A stretch of 64,000 nt of DNA from positions 1,228,178 through 1,292,177 of the forward strand of contig OZ253494.1 in NCBI GenBank assembly GCA_965262015.1, read 5' to 3'. Below, piece by piece: positions 19,913 to 28,222 of the stretch. Positions within the stretch are counted from its first letter, which is position 1. Every line of letters begins with the position of its first letter. The position numbers and the translations under genes are program-made. The DNA comes from Leptospiria bacterium. GTDB taxonomy: Bacteria > Spirochaetota > Leptospiria > Turneriellales > CBDBES01. Below the pieces are notes generated by a model. That model was not told the DNA's origin, did not search any database, and worked only from the letters and a program-made list of their open reading frames with translations.

Positions 19913-22171
19913 ATGGGTGTGGTTAGCACATTGGCGGGTACTGGGGCTATAGGGGATATGGATGGTATGGGTAATGTGGCAAGATTTAAGTATCCTACTG
20001 GTGTAGCGGTTGGTAGTGCGGGGGTTGTATATGTGGCAGATAGTCAGAACCACCGTATCCGTAAGATAACGTCTGGTGGTGTGGTTAGTACATTGGCAGG
20101 TACTGGTATTAGGGATGATGGTACTGTGGGAGGAGGGTTTATGGATGGTGCGGGTAATATAGCACAATTTAGTAATCCTTATGGAATAGCGGTTGATAGT
20201 GTGGGGGTTGTATATGTGGCAGATAGTCAGAACCACCGTATCCGTAAGATAACGTCTGGTGGTGTGGTTAGTACATTGGCAGGTACTGGTATTAAGGATG
20301 ATGGTACTGTGGGAGGAGGGTTTATGGATGATGCAGGTAATGTAGCACAATTTAGAAGTCCTACTGGAATAGCAGTTGATAGTGTGGGGGTTATATATGT
20401 GGCAGATATTAGTAACAATCGTATCCGTAAGATAACGGTGTCTGGTACAACGAGTGAGGTTAGTACGTTGGCGGGTGAAGGCACTACTACGGGTACTCCA
20501 TGTCCTGGTACTACTGGCACTACCATCACGTGCAGGGATGGTGCAGGTAGTTTAGCACAATTTAATCGGCCTGGTGGAATAGCGGTTGATGGTGCAAATA
20601 ATGTATACGTGACAGATCTTAGTAACAATCGTATCCGTAAGATAATCACAAAAATCCCCACCATTGATCCCATTTGTACGCATGGTACGGCCTCAACCAT
20701 CAAGATTTTTACCGCCAACACAGAAAAATGCATTTCTTGTGATAGTGGTTTTAGTTTGGATGGTGAACTTTGTAGAAAAGAGTTTGATCCTATCTGTACG
20801 AATGGACCGGACCCCCTTCCCTCAACAGCCAAGGTTTTTACTGCCAACACAGAAAAATGTGTTTCTTGTGATAGTGGTTTTGGTTTAGATGGTGAGCTTT
20901 GTAGAAAAGAGTTTGATCCTATGTGTATGAATGGTGTTGTCTCAACAGCCAAGGTTTTTACTGCCAATACAGAAAAATGTGTTTCTTGTGATAATTATCG
21001 TGTGTTAAAAAATGATGAAACCTGTGCCGCAGTCACTGTTGAGACCCTCGTGGGTGGTAACACTGGGGGAGGCACTACATGTGCTGGTACTGGCCGTACC
21101 AGCATGTGCAGGGATGGCACAGGTAATTCAGCACAATTTAATCAGCCTAGAGGAGTAGTGGTTGATCATGCGGGCAATGTATATGTGGCAGATGCTGGTA
21201 ACAATCGTATCCGCAAGATGACAGTGTCTGGTACGATGAATAAGGTTATCGCATGGGCGGGTGCGGGTACTGGTACTGCTGGTTTTATGGATAGTGTGGC
21301 ACCGGCACTGGCACCACAATTTAATTATCCTACTTCTGTAGCGGTTGATAGTGCGGGCAATGTATATGTGGCAGATGCTGGTAACAATCGTATCCGCAAG
21401 ATAACACCTAATGGCATGGTTAGCACGTTGGCGGGTGGTGATGCGGGAGGGGTGACTGCTACTGAATGCGGCACTACTACCCTGATAACCCCCGCAACAA
21501 GTGGAGAAACCTGCAAAGATGGCACCGGTACAGATGCACGATTTAATTATCCTAATGGTGTAGCGGTTGATAGTGCGGGCAATAATGTATATGTGGCAGA
21601 TACTAGTAACCATCGTATCCGTAAGATAACGATAACCATGAATTCTATGAATAATGAAGTAATTACGGTTAGCACGTTGGCGGGTGGGGGCATTACGGGT
21701 ACTCCATGTGATGGTACTACTGGCATTACCATCACGTGCAGGGATGGTGCAGGTAATGTGGCACAATTTAGTTCTCCCAGTTCTGTGGCTGTTGATGGTT
21801 CAGGCAATGTATATGTGACAGATCGGGCTAACAATCGTATCCGTAAGATAACAGTGTCTGGTACGATGAATAATGAAGTAATTACGGTTAGTACGTTGAC
21901 TGCTTCTACGCATGGTGCGGGTAATGTGGCACAATTTAATCAGCCTGGTGGAATAACGGTTGATAGTGCAAATAATTTATATGTGGCAAATACTGAAAGT
22001 CATCTTATCTATAAGATAACACCTAGTGGTGTGGCTAACATATTGGCAGGTAGTGGTCTTACGAATGGTCCATTGAATACTCCTTATGAAGTCGCGGTTG
22101 ATAAGTCAGGAAATATATATGTGGCAGATACTGACAATCATCGTATCCGTAAGATAAACATTCCACAATAA
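19913..22171 (+). CDS. NHL-repeat beta-propeller protein with three central Cys-rich repeats (frame open from 19733)
   Basis: 10 F..P.G.AVD..G.VYVAD..N.RIRKI repeats in the ORF, plus one more encoded upstream of the ATG in the same frame. Confidence 0.9.
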   Translation: MGVVSTLAGTGAIGDMDGMGNVARFKYPTGVAVGSAGVVYVADSQNHRIRKITSGGVVSTLAGTGIRDDGTVGGGFMDGAGNIAQFSNPYGIAVDSVGVVYVADSQNHRIRKITSGGVVSTLAGTGIKDDGTVGGGFMDDAGNVAQFRSPTGIAVDSVGVIYVADISNNRIRKITVSGTTSEVSTLAGEGTTTGTPCPGTTGTTITCRDGAGSLAQFNRPGGIAVDGANNVYVTDLSNNRIRKIITKIPTIDPICTHGTASTIKIFTANTEKCISCDSGFSLDGELCRKEFDPICTNGPDPLPSTAKVFTANTEKCVSCDSGFGLDGELCRKEFDPMCMNGVVSTAKVFTANTEKCVSCDNYRVLKNDETCAAVTVETLVGGNTGGGTTCAGTGRTSMCRDGTGNSAQFNQPRGVVVDHAGNVYVADAGNNRIRKMTVSGTMNKVIAWAGAGTGTAGFMDSVAPALAPQFNYPTSVAVDSAGNVYVADAGNNRIRKITPNGMVSTLAGGDAGGVTATECGTTTLITPATSGETCKDGTGTDARFNYPNGVAVDSAGNNVYVADTSNHRIRKITITMNSMNNEVITVSTLAGGGITGTPCDGTTGITITCRDGAGNVAQFSSPSSVAVDGSGNVYVTDRANNRIRKITVSGTMNNEVITVSTLTASTHGAGNVAQFNQPGGITVDSANNLYVANTESHLIYKITPSGVANILAGSGLTNGPLNTPYEVAVDKSGNIYVADTDNHRIRKINIPQ
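20020..20355 (+). repeat. Near-identical intragenic tandem duplication of an NHL unit (183-nt period)
   Basis: 20020-20172 vs 20203-20355 differ at about 4 positions by manual alignment. Confidence 0.9.
20666..21025 (+). repeat. Three tandem Cys-rich coding repeats (about 120-129 nt)
   Basis: DP.C.NG...STAKVFTANTEKCVSCD.GF.LDGELC units starting at 20666, 20786 and 20915. Confidence 0.9.
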
Positions 22172-22406
22172 TCATAGCTTGCTTCTTAAGCTATTAGAAG
22201 ATATCATAGTAATATCAAAAAACTTAGGTTACATTGTTAAACAAAAATATCTTGGTGAAATTATACATAAAATAAGCTTAAGGCCATGAAAAGTATTAAA
22301 CTGCTTAACACCCAATGAGGTATTTAAAGAATAAAGCTTCAATTCATACTTCAAAATAGAACTTATGCACTCTCTATGGCTTTCATAAAGAATTTATATA
22401 AAATAA

Positions 22407-22471
22407 TTGACTTAATAATACACTCTGTTACAGTAGACGGTCTGAAGTCGTTAAAGTGACGAAAGGAGAGG
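22407..22471 (+). promoter_or_regulatory. Promoter (-35, extended -10) and RBS of the gene at 22478
   Basis: TTGACT 22407-22412, TGnTACAGT ending 22434, AAGGAGAGG before ATG 22478. Confidence 0.45.
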
Positions 22472-22477
22472 CCATTT

Positions 22478-23713
22478 ATGCTTTATCAAAATCTATTTAT
22501 AGTTGTTTGGTGTACATTGTTTACAATGAGCTGTGCTCAAAGGTCATTAGATCAATATTCTCTTTTTAAACAGTCATTCGGAGACCCCGAAGAAACGGCC
22601 TGTGATTATCAAAAAACTGGAGACAAAAAACTCTATTCAGGTGCCCTTACAGTGGATACTGAGTGGAAAGAATGCGTCCGTATTGCAGGTATAGTTAAAG
22701 TACTAGATGGCGTTACATTATCTATTGCACCAGGCACAATCGTATTAGCCAGTCCAGTTATCACTTTTCTTGTTGTAGAAAAAGGTGGTATGATCCAGGC
22801 CAATGGTGATAGTGTTACTCCTATTATATTTACCAGTGGGAAAAAGGTTGGTGAAAGGACTGAGGGAGACTGGGGTGGAGTTGTTATTAATGGTGCGGCT
22901 CCTATAAATATTGGTGACGATTCTACTGGTTCTAATATTGTTACAGATGCTGTTCTAGGAGACTTTGGTGATGTCCCAGCCATTGCTGACCATAGTAATG
23001 GTACTTTCTCCTTTGTACGCATTGAGTTTGGTGGTCGTCCAATCACATTTGAAGCAGATCCTTCCCCCTCCTTACAATTACGTAGTGTTGGTACAGGAAC
23101 TACTATTGGAGACGTTCATGTAACGCAGGGTAGTGGTGTTGGCTTGATGGTTCAAGGTGGAACAGCCACCCTATCAAGAGCTATTGCTACATACCATCAA
23201 ACAAGTCAAATGGTAATACAGGATGGTTATGTAGGTACTATGGAAGATATATTTTTGTCAACAGATACAACTGCACATGCGTTAACCATGATAAATAATA
23301 CAGAGGATATAGCCAAGACGCCAGCTACACATGCCACGATTAATCGCATGACAGTTTTGGGTTCACTCACATTAGCTGACGCTATCGACGTTGCAGGTGA
23401 AGAGGAAAAAACCATTGGTCTAGATTTGAAGGATGGGGTAACGCTTGCACTAGATGCATTTCGCATTGGAGATTATAACCTATGCTTTCAAGGCGAAACT
23501 AATGTTACCATAACCTTTGTTACTGAATTTACTTATGCATTCTGCTTTGTGATAAGTAATGGGTTTACTTCTTCTCTTGCTCCTATAAGGGGGAGGGGGG
23601 ATCCCAATCACCCCCTGTTAATACAAGATATAGGTGCACAAGATCTCAAAACCACTGTGGATGCTGACGCTTCTCTAGCCTATCTTACCTGGACTTCTTA
23701 TCCAGAAAACTAA
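22478..23713 (+). CDS. Lipoprotein of a beta-helix family with TLSIAPGT/PIIFTS/GDWGG motifs; function unknown
   Basis: LFTMS-C lipobox; L.V.KGG.I.ANG....PIIFTS...GDWGGVVINGAAP, FVRIEFGG. Confidence 0.7.
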   Translation: MLYQNLFIVVWCTLFTMSCAQRSLDQYSLFKQSFGDPEETACDYQKTGDKKLYSGALTVDTEWKECVRIAGIVKVLDGVTLSIAPGTIVLASPVITFLVVEKGGMIQANGDSVTPIIFTSGKKVGERTEGDWGGVVINGAAPINIGDDSTGSNIVTDAVLGDFGDVPAIADHSNGTFSFVRIEFGGRPITFEADPSPSLQLRSVGTGTTIGDVHVTQGSGVGLMVQGGTATLSRAIATYHQTSQMVIQDGYVGTMEDIFLSTDTTAHALTMINNTEDIAKTPATHATINRMTVLGSLTLADAIDVAGEEEKTIGLDLKDGVTLALDAFRIGDYNLCFQGETNVTITFVTEFTYAFCFVISNGFTSSLAPIRGRGDPNHPLLIQDIGAQDLKTTVDADASLAYLTWTSYPEN

Positions 23714-23773
23714 TAAGAGCATTCCATAAAAATATGTGTTGATCCTTTGTTTTAGATAAGCTATATCAGCTGT

Positions 23774-24583
23774 ATGGCTCATCTAGATATATTTGTCTTA
23801 TGTTTTTGGATTGTTACTTTTTTCTTATATCTTCTTAGTTTTAAATATCCTAACAAAGTATCTCGTCTAACAACGGGCTTAGTTTTTGTATTAAATTTAG
23901 CTTTTCATGTTTTTGCCATTGTATGTAAAAATTGGGGCTATCAATATACGCTAATAAACACTATCTTTGATTTTTTTTCGGGTATAGCTGTTAGTATAGC
24001 TAGTATTTATTTTTTTATAGAACTAAAAATTAAAAATCGTTCTACTGGCTTTTTAATTATCTTTATTATTATAGGGCTACATTGCATTTCTTTCATACCT
24101 GCTGAACCCAAAGTGCCTTTTAATTTTGCCACTACTAAACTTTTCTTATTACACGTTTGGTCAGCCATGGTTGCTTATGCTGCTTTCACTCTCTCGGCGG
24201 TTTATTCTTTATTTTATTTATATCTATTTGCTACCTTAAAACAAAAAAAGTTTGGGCTATTTTTTCATAGAATGCTTTCTTTAGAAGAATTAAACCATAT
24301 GAATATTATTTCTTGTATTATCGGTTTCCTTCTATTTACCTTTTCTCTTGTGCTTGGTAATATATGGAGAAAACAGGTTTACGGTAATTATTATGGTTTA
24401 GATATTAAAATTATTTTATCGTGTGTAGCGTGGTGTGTATATGCCGCATATCTAGTAAGTAATTTATATAATTACACACATGAGAAAAAACGAGTATACT
24501 TATCTTTAATTGGTTTTTTAGTTACGTTATGTTCTTTCATTGCCAGCAGATTATTTACTAGATTTCATAATTTCTATTATTAA
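23774..24583 (+). CDS. Cytochrome c assembly protein (CcsA/HemX-like)
   Basis: About 8 TM segments, LHV....AYAAF, SLEEL, G.IW......DIK; directly upstream of hemA. Confidence 0.82.
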   Translation: MAHLDIFVLCFWIVTFFLYLLSFKYPNKVSRLTTGLVFVLNLAFHVFAIVCKNWGYQYTLINTIFDFFSGIAVSIASIYFFIELKIKNRSTGFLIIFIIIGLHCISFIPAEPKVPFNFATTKLFLLHVWSAMVAYAAFTLSAVYSLFYLYLFATLKQKKFGLFFHRMLSLEELNHMNIISCIIGFLLFTFSLVLGNIWRKQVYGNYYGLDIKIILSCVAWCVYAAYLVSNLYNYTHEKKRVYLSLIGFLVTLCSFIASRLFTRFHNFYY

Positions 24584-24587
24584 TTCT

Positions 24588-25904
24588 ATGAACATTGCTT
24601 CATCAGATGTACAAGATAACACCCAAAAACTACACCTATTAGGGATTAGTCATAAAACAGCAAACATTGAAATAAGAGAAAAATTTTTTCTAAATGAAAA
24701 ACAGATTAAAAAAATATTATCTCTAATACACCAGGAAGTTTTTGTTAAAGAAGTATTTATTCTAAGTACATGCAATAGAACAGAATATTACATAGTAGCT
24801 AACGAAAGTGATAATACTTTTAAAGCACTACAAAAAATGTTACTACACCCCTATCCAGATATACACAAAGATGATTTTTCATTGTTTTACTATAAAACAC
24901 ATCAAGATGCTATCTCACACTTGTTTCAACTAGCCTGCGGACTAGATTCTATTATCTTAGGTGAGACACAGATTTTTGGCCAATTAAAGTCTGCTTATAA
25001 AATGGCACAAGAACAAGGCGTAACTCATATTTACCTAAATAAACTTATACATGCAGTCATTGAAGCTGGTAAACATATTCGTCACCATACCAATATAAGT
25101 GCTGGAAGTACTAGCATAGCATCTGCGATTATAGAGCTAACTTCTAAGATCTTTAAAGACTTTAAAGATAAAACTGTTTTATTCATAGGAGCTGGCAAGA
25201 TGGGACAGCTAACCATGCAATACTTTTTTAAACAGGGTATAAAAAAACTATTGTTGTGGAACCGTACAGTTAGTACGGCTCAGAAGTTAGCTGAAAAATT
25301 TTCAGCTGAAGTAATTAGCCTAGAGGCATTGCCTGCTTTAATCACAGACATCGATATTATTGTGTGTAGCACAAGCTACCAAGGTTATTTAATAGATTAT
25401 TCCATGATAGCAAAACATATGCAAAACTGTATACGTCCTTTACTATTAATTGATATGGCTGTACCCAGAAATATTGACCCCAAGATACGTGATTTGCAGG
25501 AAGTTTTTTTATATGACATAGATTCCTTACAAAATATTATTTTAGACTCCACGCAAAAAAGGCAACAGGCAATACCATATGCTATCAAAGTTATCCAACA
25601 GAAAACACATGAATTTATACAGTGGTCTAGTTACCTACGTATACGACCCACAATATTACAACTCAAGCAAAGAGTATATGAATACGTTGAAGAGACAATA
25701 GAACGAACCTACATAGATAATGAAATGTACAGTCAGGAAGATTTACGTAATAGTTTGAATCATATGGCAAAAAAAATACTCAAAATGCCTATTGTACATT
25801 TGCAAGAATATATCAGTAATGATATTGACGGAGAGATACGTATTGATGTTTTGAAGGAGATATTTGATTTACAATCACTAAAAAATTTTGATGAGAACAA
25901 ATGA
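24588..25904 (+). CDS. hemA: Glutamyl-tRNA reductase
   Basis: LSTCNRTE, GLDS.ILGETQIFGQ, IGAGKMG, DMAVPRNID; ATG at 24588. Confidence 0.96.
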   Translation: MNIASSDVQDNTQKLHLLGISHKTANIEIREKFFLNEKQIKKILSLIHQEVFVKEVFILSTCNRTEYYIVANESDNTFKALQKMLLHPYPDIHKDDFSLFYYKTHQDAISHLFQLACGLDSIILGETQIFGQLKSAYKMAQEQGVTHIYLNKLIHAVIEAGKHIRHHTNISAGSTSIASAIIELTSKIFKDFKDKTVLFIGAGKMGQLTMQYFFKQGIKKLLLWNRTVSTAQKLAEKFSAEVISLEALPALITDIDIIVCSTSYQGYLIDYSMIAKHMQNCIRPLLLIDMAVPRNIDPKIRDLQEVFLYDIDSLQNIILDSTQKRQQAIPYAIKVIQQKTHEFIQWSSYLRIRPTILQLKQRVYEYVEETIERTYIDNEMYSQEDLRNSLNHMAKKILKMPIVHLQEYISNDIDGEIRIDVLKEIFDLQSLKNFDENK

Positions 25905-26836
25905 AATCTCTGCGTATTGGCACTAGGAAAAGCCCACTAGCCTTATGGCAGGCAAATTTTATTAAGGATCAACTATTTAAATCATATCCAGCATTAGAAT
26001 GCCTTTTGGTAGAAATAGAATCCAAAGCTGATCTCATGCTAAACACCGCTTTACATAAGATTGGTGATAAAGGTCTATTTACTAAAGAGCTAGACAAAGC
26101 TTTATTAGATAACCAAATTGATATATCAGTAAATAGCCTAAAAGATATACCAACAAATTTTCATAACAATCTAATGCTATCTGTAGTTACCAAGCGTGCT
26201 ACAGCCTCTGACGCTCTAGTTAGTCAACATAATATCCATACTTTAGATGATTTGCCTCCTAAAGCTATTGTAGCAACAGGTAGTCTAAGAAGGCGTTCAC
26301 AACTCTTAAATTATCGTCCTGATTTAAATGTCATTGGTATACGTGGTAATATAAAAACACGTTATCACAAGTTTTATTCAGAAAAATATGATGCTATGCT
26401 TTTAGCTTACATTGGCATAGAACGTATGGGACTAACCAATACAGTACGCCAAAAAATTCCTTATGAGATTATGCTACCTGCAGTAGGACAAGGAGGATTA
26501 GGTATTTTATGTCGTAGAGATGATCAAGAAGTACAATCTATTATTCACAAATGCCATGATATACCTTCTTATCAAATTGCTTTGGCAGAACGTAGTTTCC
26601 TCAGAAAGCTTGAGGGAGGGTGTAGCAAGCCCATAACTGCCTATGGATTTTATGAAAATGGCGAAATCGCTCTACATGCTTTTGTGGGTACAGTTGATGG
26701 TATATATACATTGAAAGATAAAGTGCAAGGCAATCATAACCATGCCAGCGAGTTAGGTATACAATTAGCTACAAAGATGATAGACAAAGGGGCAAACGAC
26801 CTGCTAAACAACAAAGACACTATCATCACTGCATAA
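25901..26836 (+). CDS. hemC: Hydroxymethylbilane synthase
   Basis: IGTRKSPLALWQA, KGLFTKEL, TGSLRR, LEGGC. Confidence 0.96.
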   Translation: MKSLRIGTRKSPLALWQANFIKDQLFKSYPALECLLVEIESKADLMLNTALHKIGDKGLFTKELDKALLDNQIDISVNSLKDIPTNFHNNLMLSVVTKRATASDALVSQHNIHTLDDLPPKAIVATGSLRRRSQLLNYRPDLNVIGIRGNIKTRYHKFYSEKYDAMLLAYIGIERMGLTNTVRQKIPYEIMLPAVGQGGLGILCRRDDQEVQSIIHKCHDIPSYQIALAERSFLRKLEGGCSKPITAYGFYENGEIALHAFVGTVDGIYTLKDKVQGNHNHASELGIQLATKMIDKGANDLLNNKDTIITA

Positions 26837-27641
26837 TATTTGTAATAAGCTGAATAGTGGTTGCATGGCCTGCCATAACTCCATTGGGTAGTGGGCCATT
26901 ATGATTTAATGGAATGGGTTGCCCACACTGGTCTAAAACAACGTACTGTTTCATGGTGTGTATGAGACACACGCCTCCAGCGATATCCCATATATTTTTA
27001 GGACGTAAAGAAACAACAGCATCAAACTCTTGAGTAACGACAAGACCTAGTTTATATGCAATAGACCCAACAACAACTACATCTTTAAAAAGGGTGGGAC
27101 GGGTTAGATCGCCCAGAAGTTTTTTTTTCATTTCACTTCTAGAAACACATATACGCATATCTTGGGTAGATGATATTTTGCGGGGCTGATAAGATAATTC
27201 TTTGTGGTTATGGTATAGACCTATTTTAGGTCCACCATATAACAAAAAATTTTTTACTGGATTATAAATAAATCCGAGTAATGGCTCATTGTTTTCCACT
27301 AATCCTATAGAAATTGCAAACTCAGGTATTCCTTTAATAAACTCTTGGGTCCCATCAATGGGATCGATAATCCACATTCTGCAAGAATTAATTTTCATAG
27401 AATAATTCTTAATATTATGGTATTCACTAGTCTCTTCTGATAAGATTAAATCATTTGTAAAATAATGTTGTATAGTGCGAATTATCAAATCATTACATTC
27501 TGTATCAGCTTGAGTAGCTGGTTCATTCGCCTGTTTAAAAGATATTTGGTAATTTTTTGTATAAAAATAATCTTTAAGTAATATACCAGCTTTCTCTAAT
27601 ACTTCTAATATAACTTTGATTTCTTTTTGATATAGACTCAT
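26826..27641 (-). CDS. cysQ: 3'(2'),5'-bisphosphate nucleotidase CysQ / inositol monophosphatase family
   Basis: ILSEE, WIIDPIDGTQEF, GSIAYKL, WDIAGG. Confidence 0.75.
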   Translation of the reverse strand: MSLYQKEIKVILEVLEKAGILLKDYFYTKNYQISFKQANEPATQADTECNDLIIRTIQHYFTNDLILSEETSEYHNIKNYSMKINSCRMWIIDPIDGTQEFIKGIPEFAISIGLVENNEPLLGFIYNPVKNFLLYGGPKIGLYHNHKELSYQPRKISSTQDMRICVSRSEMKKKLLGDLTRPTLFKDVVVVGSIAYKLGLVVTQEFDAVVSLRPKNIWDIAGGVCLIHTMKQYVVLDQCGQPIPLNHNGPLPNGVMAGHATTIQLITNIMQ

Positions 27642-28116
27642 AAATGCAATGTATAATTAGTATTATGTTATATATGCTATAACATGATTGATTGTGAAAC
27701 CCACAGACATATCTTACTATCTATTTCACCATATCTTACTTTAAAAGTCATATGCATAGCTTAAATACATCGAACCACTCGTAAACACCTCTAAGTTCTA
27801 TTTCTTACTGTAAAATAAAACTTACCTATCTATTTAATTACAATTTCTAAAAGGGTATTTTAGGTGTACAATTAGCTAATCAATTAAAAGTTCAATAAAA
27901 GACGGTTTGGTTTATGGATCATAGAATCAGACAATCTTATCAAAATAATAAATCTATATTTACAGGTACAATCAAGATTATACAAAACATATATCAGTGG
28001 TTTAAAGAAACAAACACGTTTCTAAAAATAAAGGTAATTTTGCAAGAAAAGAAGCCTCTATACAAAGCGGATCATGTTATGGCTAAATACAACCACAAAC
28101 CGATACCTCATGCACG

Positions 28117-28218
28117 AGTAGATGGTGATTTTCTCACCACCTACTGCTAGAAACCGTATCGTATACTTTAAAAAACTGCCCAACACTAAGTAGGTGGTGA
28201 TTTTTCACCACCTACTGC
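28117..28218. repeat. Two direct copies of a ~30-nt palindrome (12-bp stems), REP-like or terminator-like
   Basis: AGTAGATGGTGA-ttttc-TCACCACCTACT-GC (28117-28147) and AGTAGGTGGTGA-tttt-TCACCACCTACT-GC (28189-28218), just after the stop of 28223..29698. Confidence 0.85.
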
Positions 28219-28222
28219 CTAC

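Noticed and set aside
19910-21834. Antisense ORFs over the NHL gene (19910..20350, 20227..20967, 21128..21766 and others)
   Set aside because: Shadow frames of a repetitive, GC-richer coding sequence.
19913-22171. Diversity-generating retroelement template/variable repeat pair
   Set aside because: No reverse transcriptase in the window; the duplicates are all intragenic and in frame, and mismatches do not point to one adenine-specific template.
27914-28150. 78-aa ORF
   Set aside because: No RBS or motif, and it runs into the palindromic repeat; probably spurious or eroded.
28117-28218. CRISPR array
   Set aside because: Only two repeats, no cas genes or leader evident, and the stems are longer than typical. 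Kept as an unexplained repeat pair.
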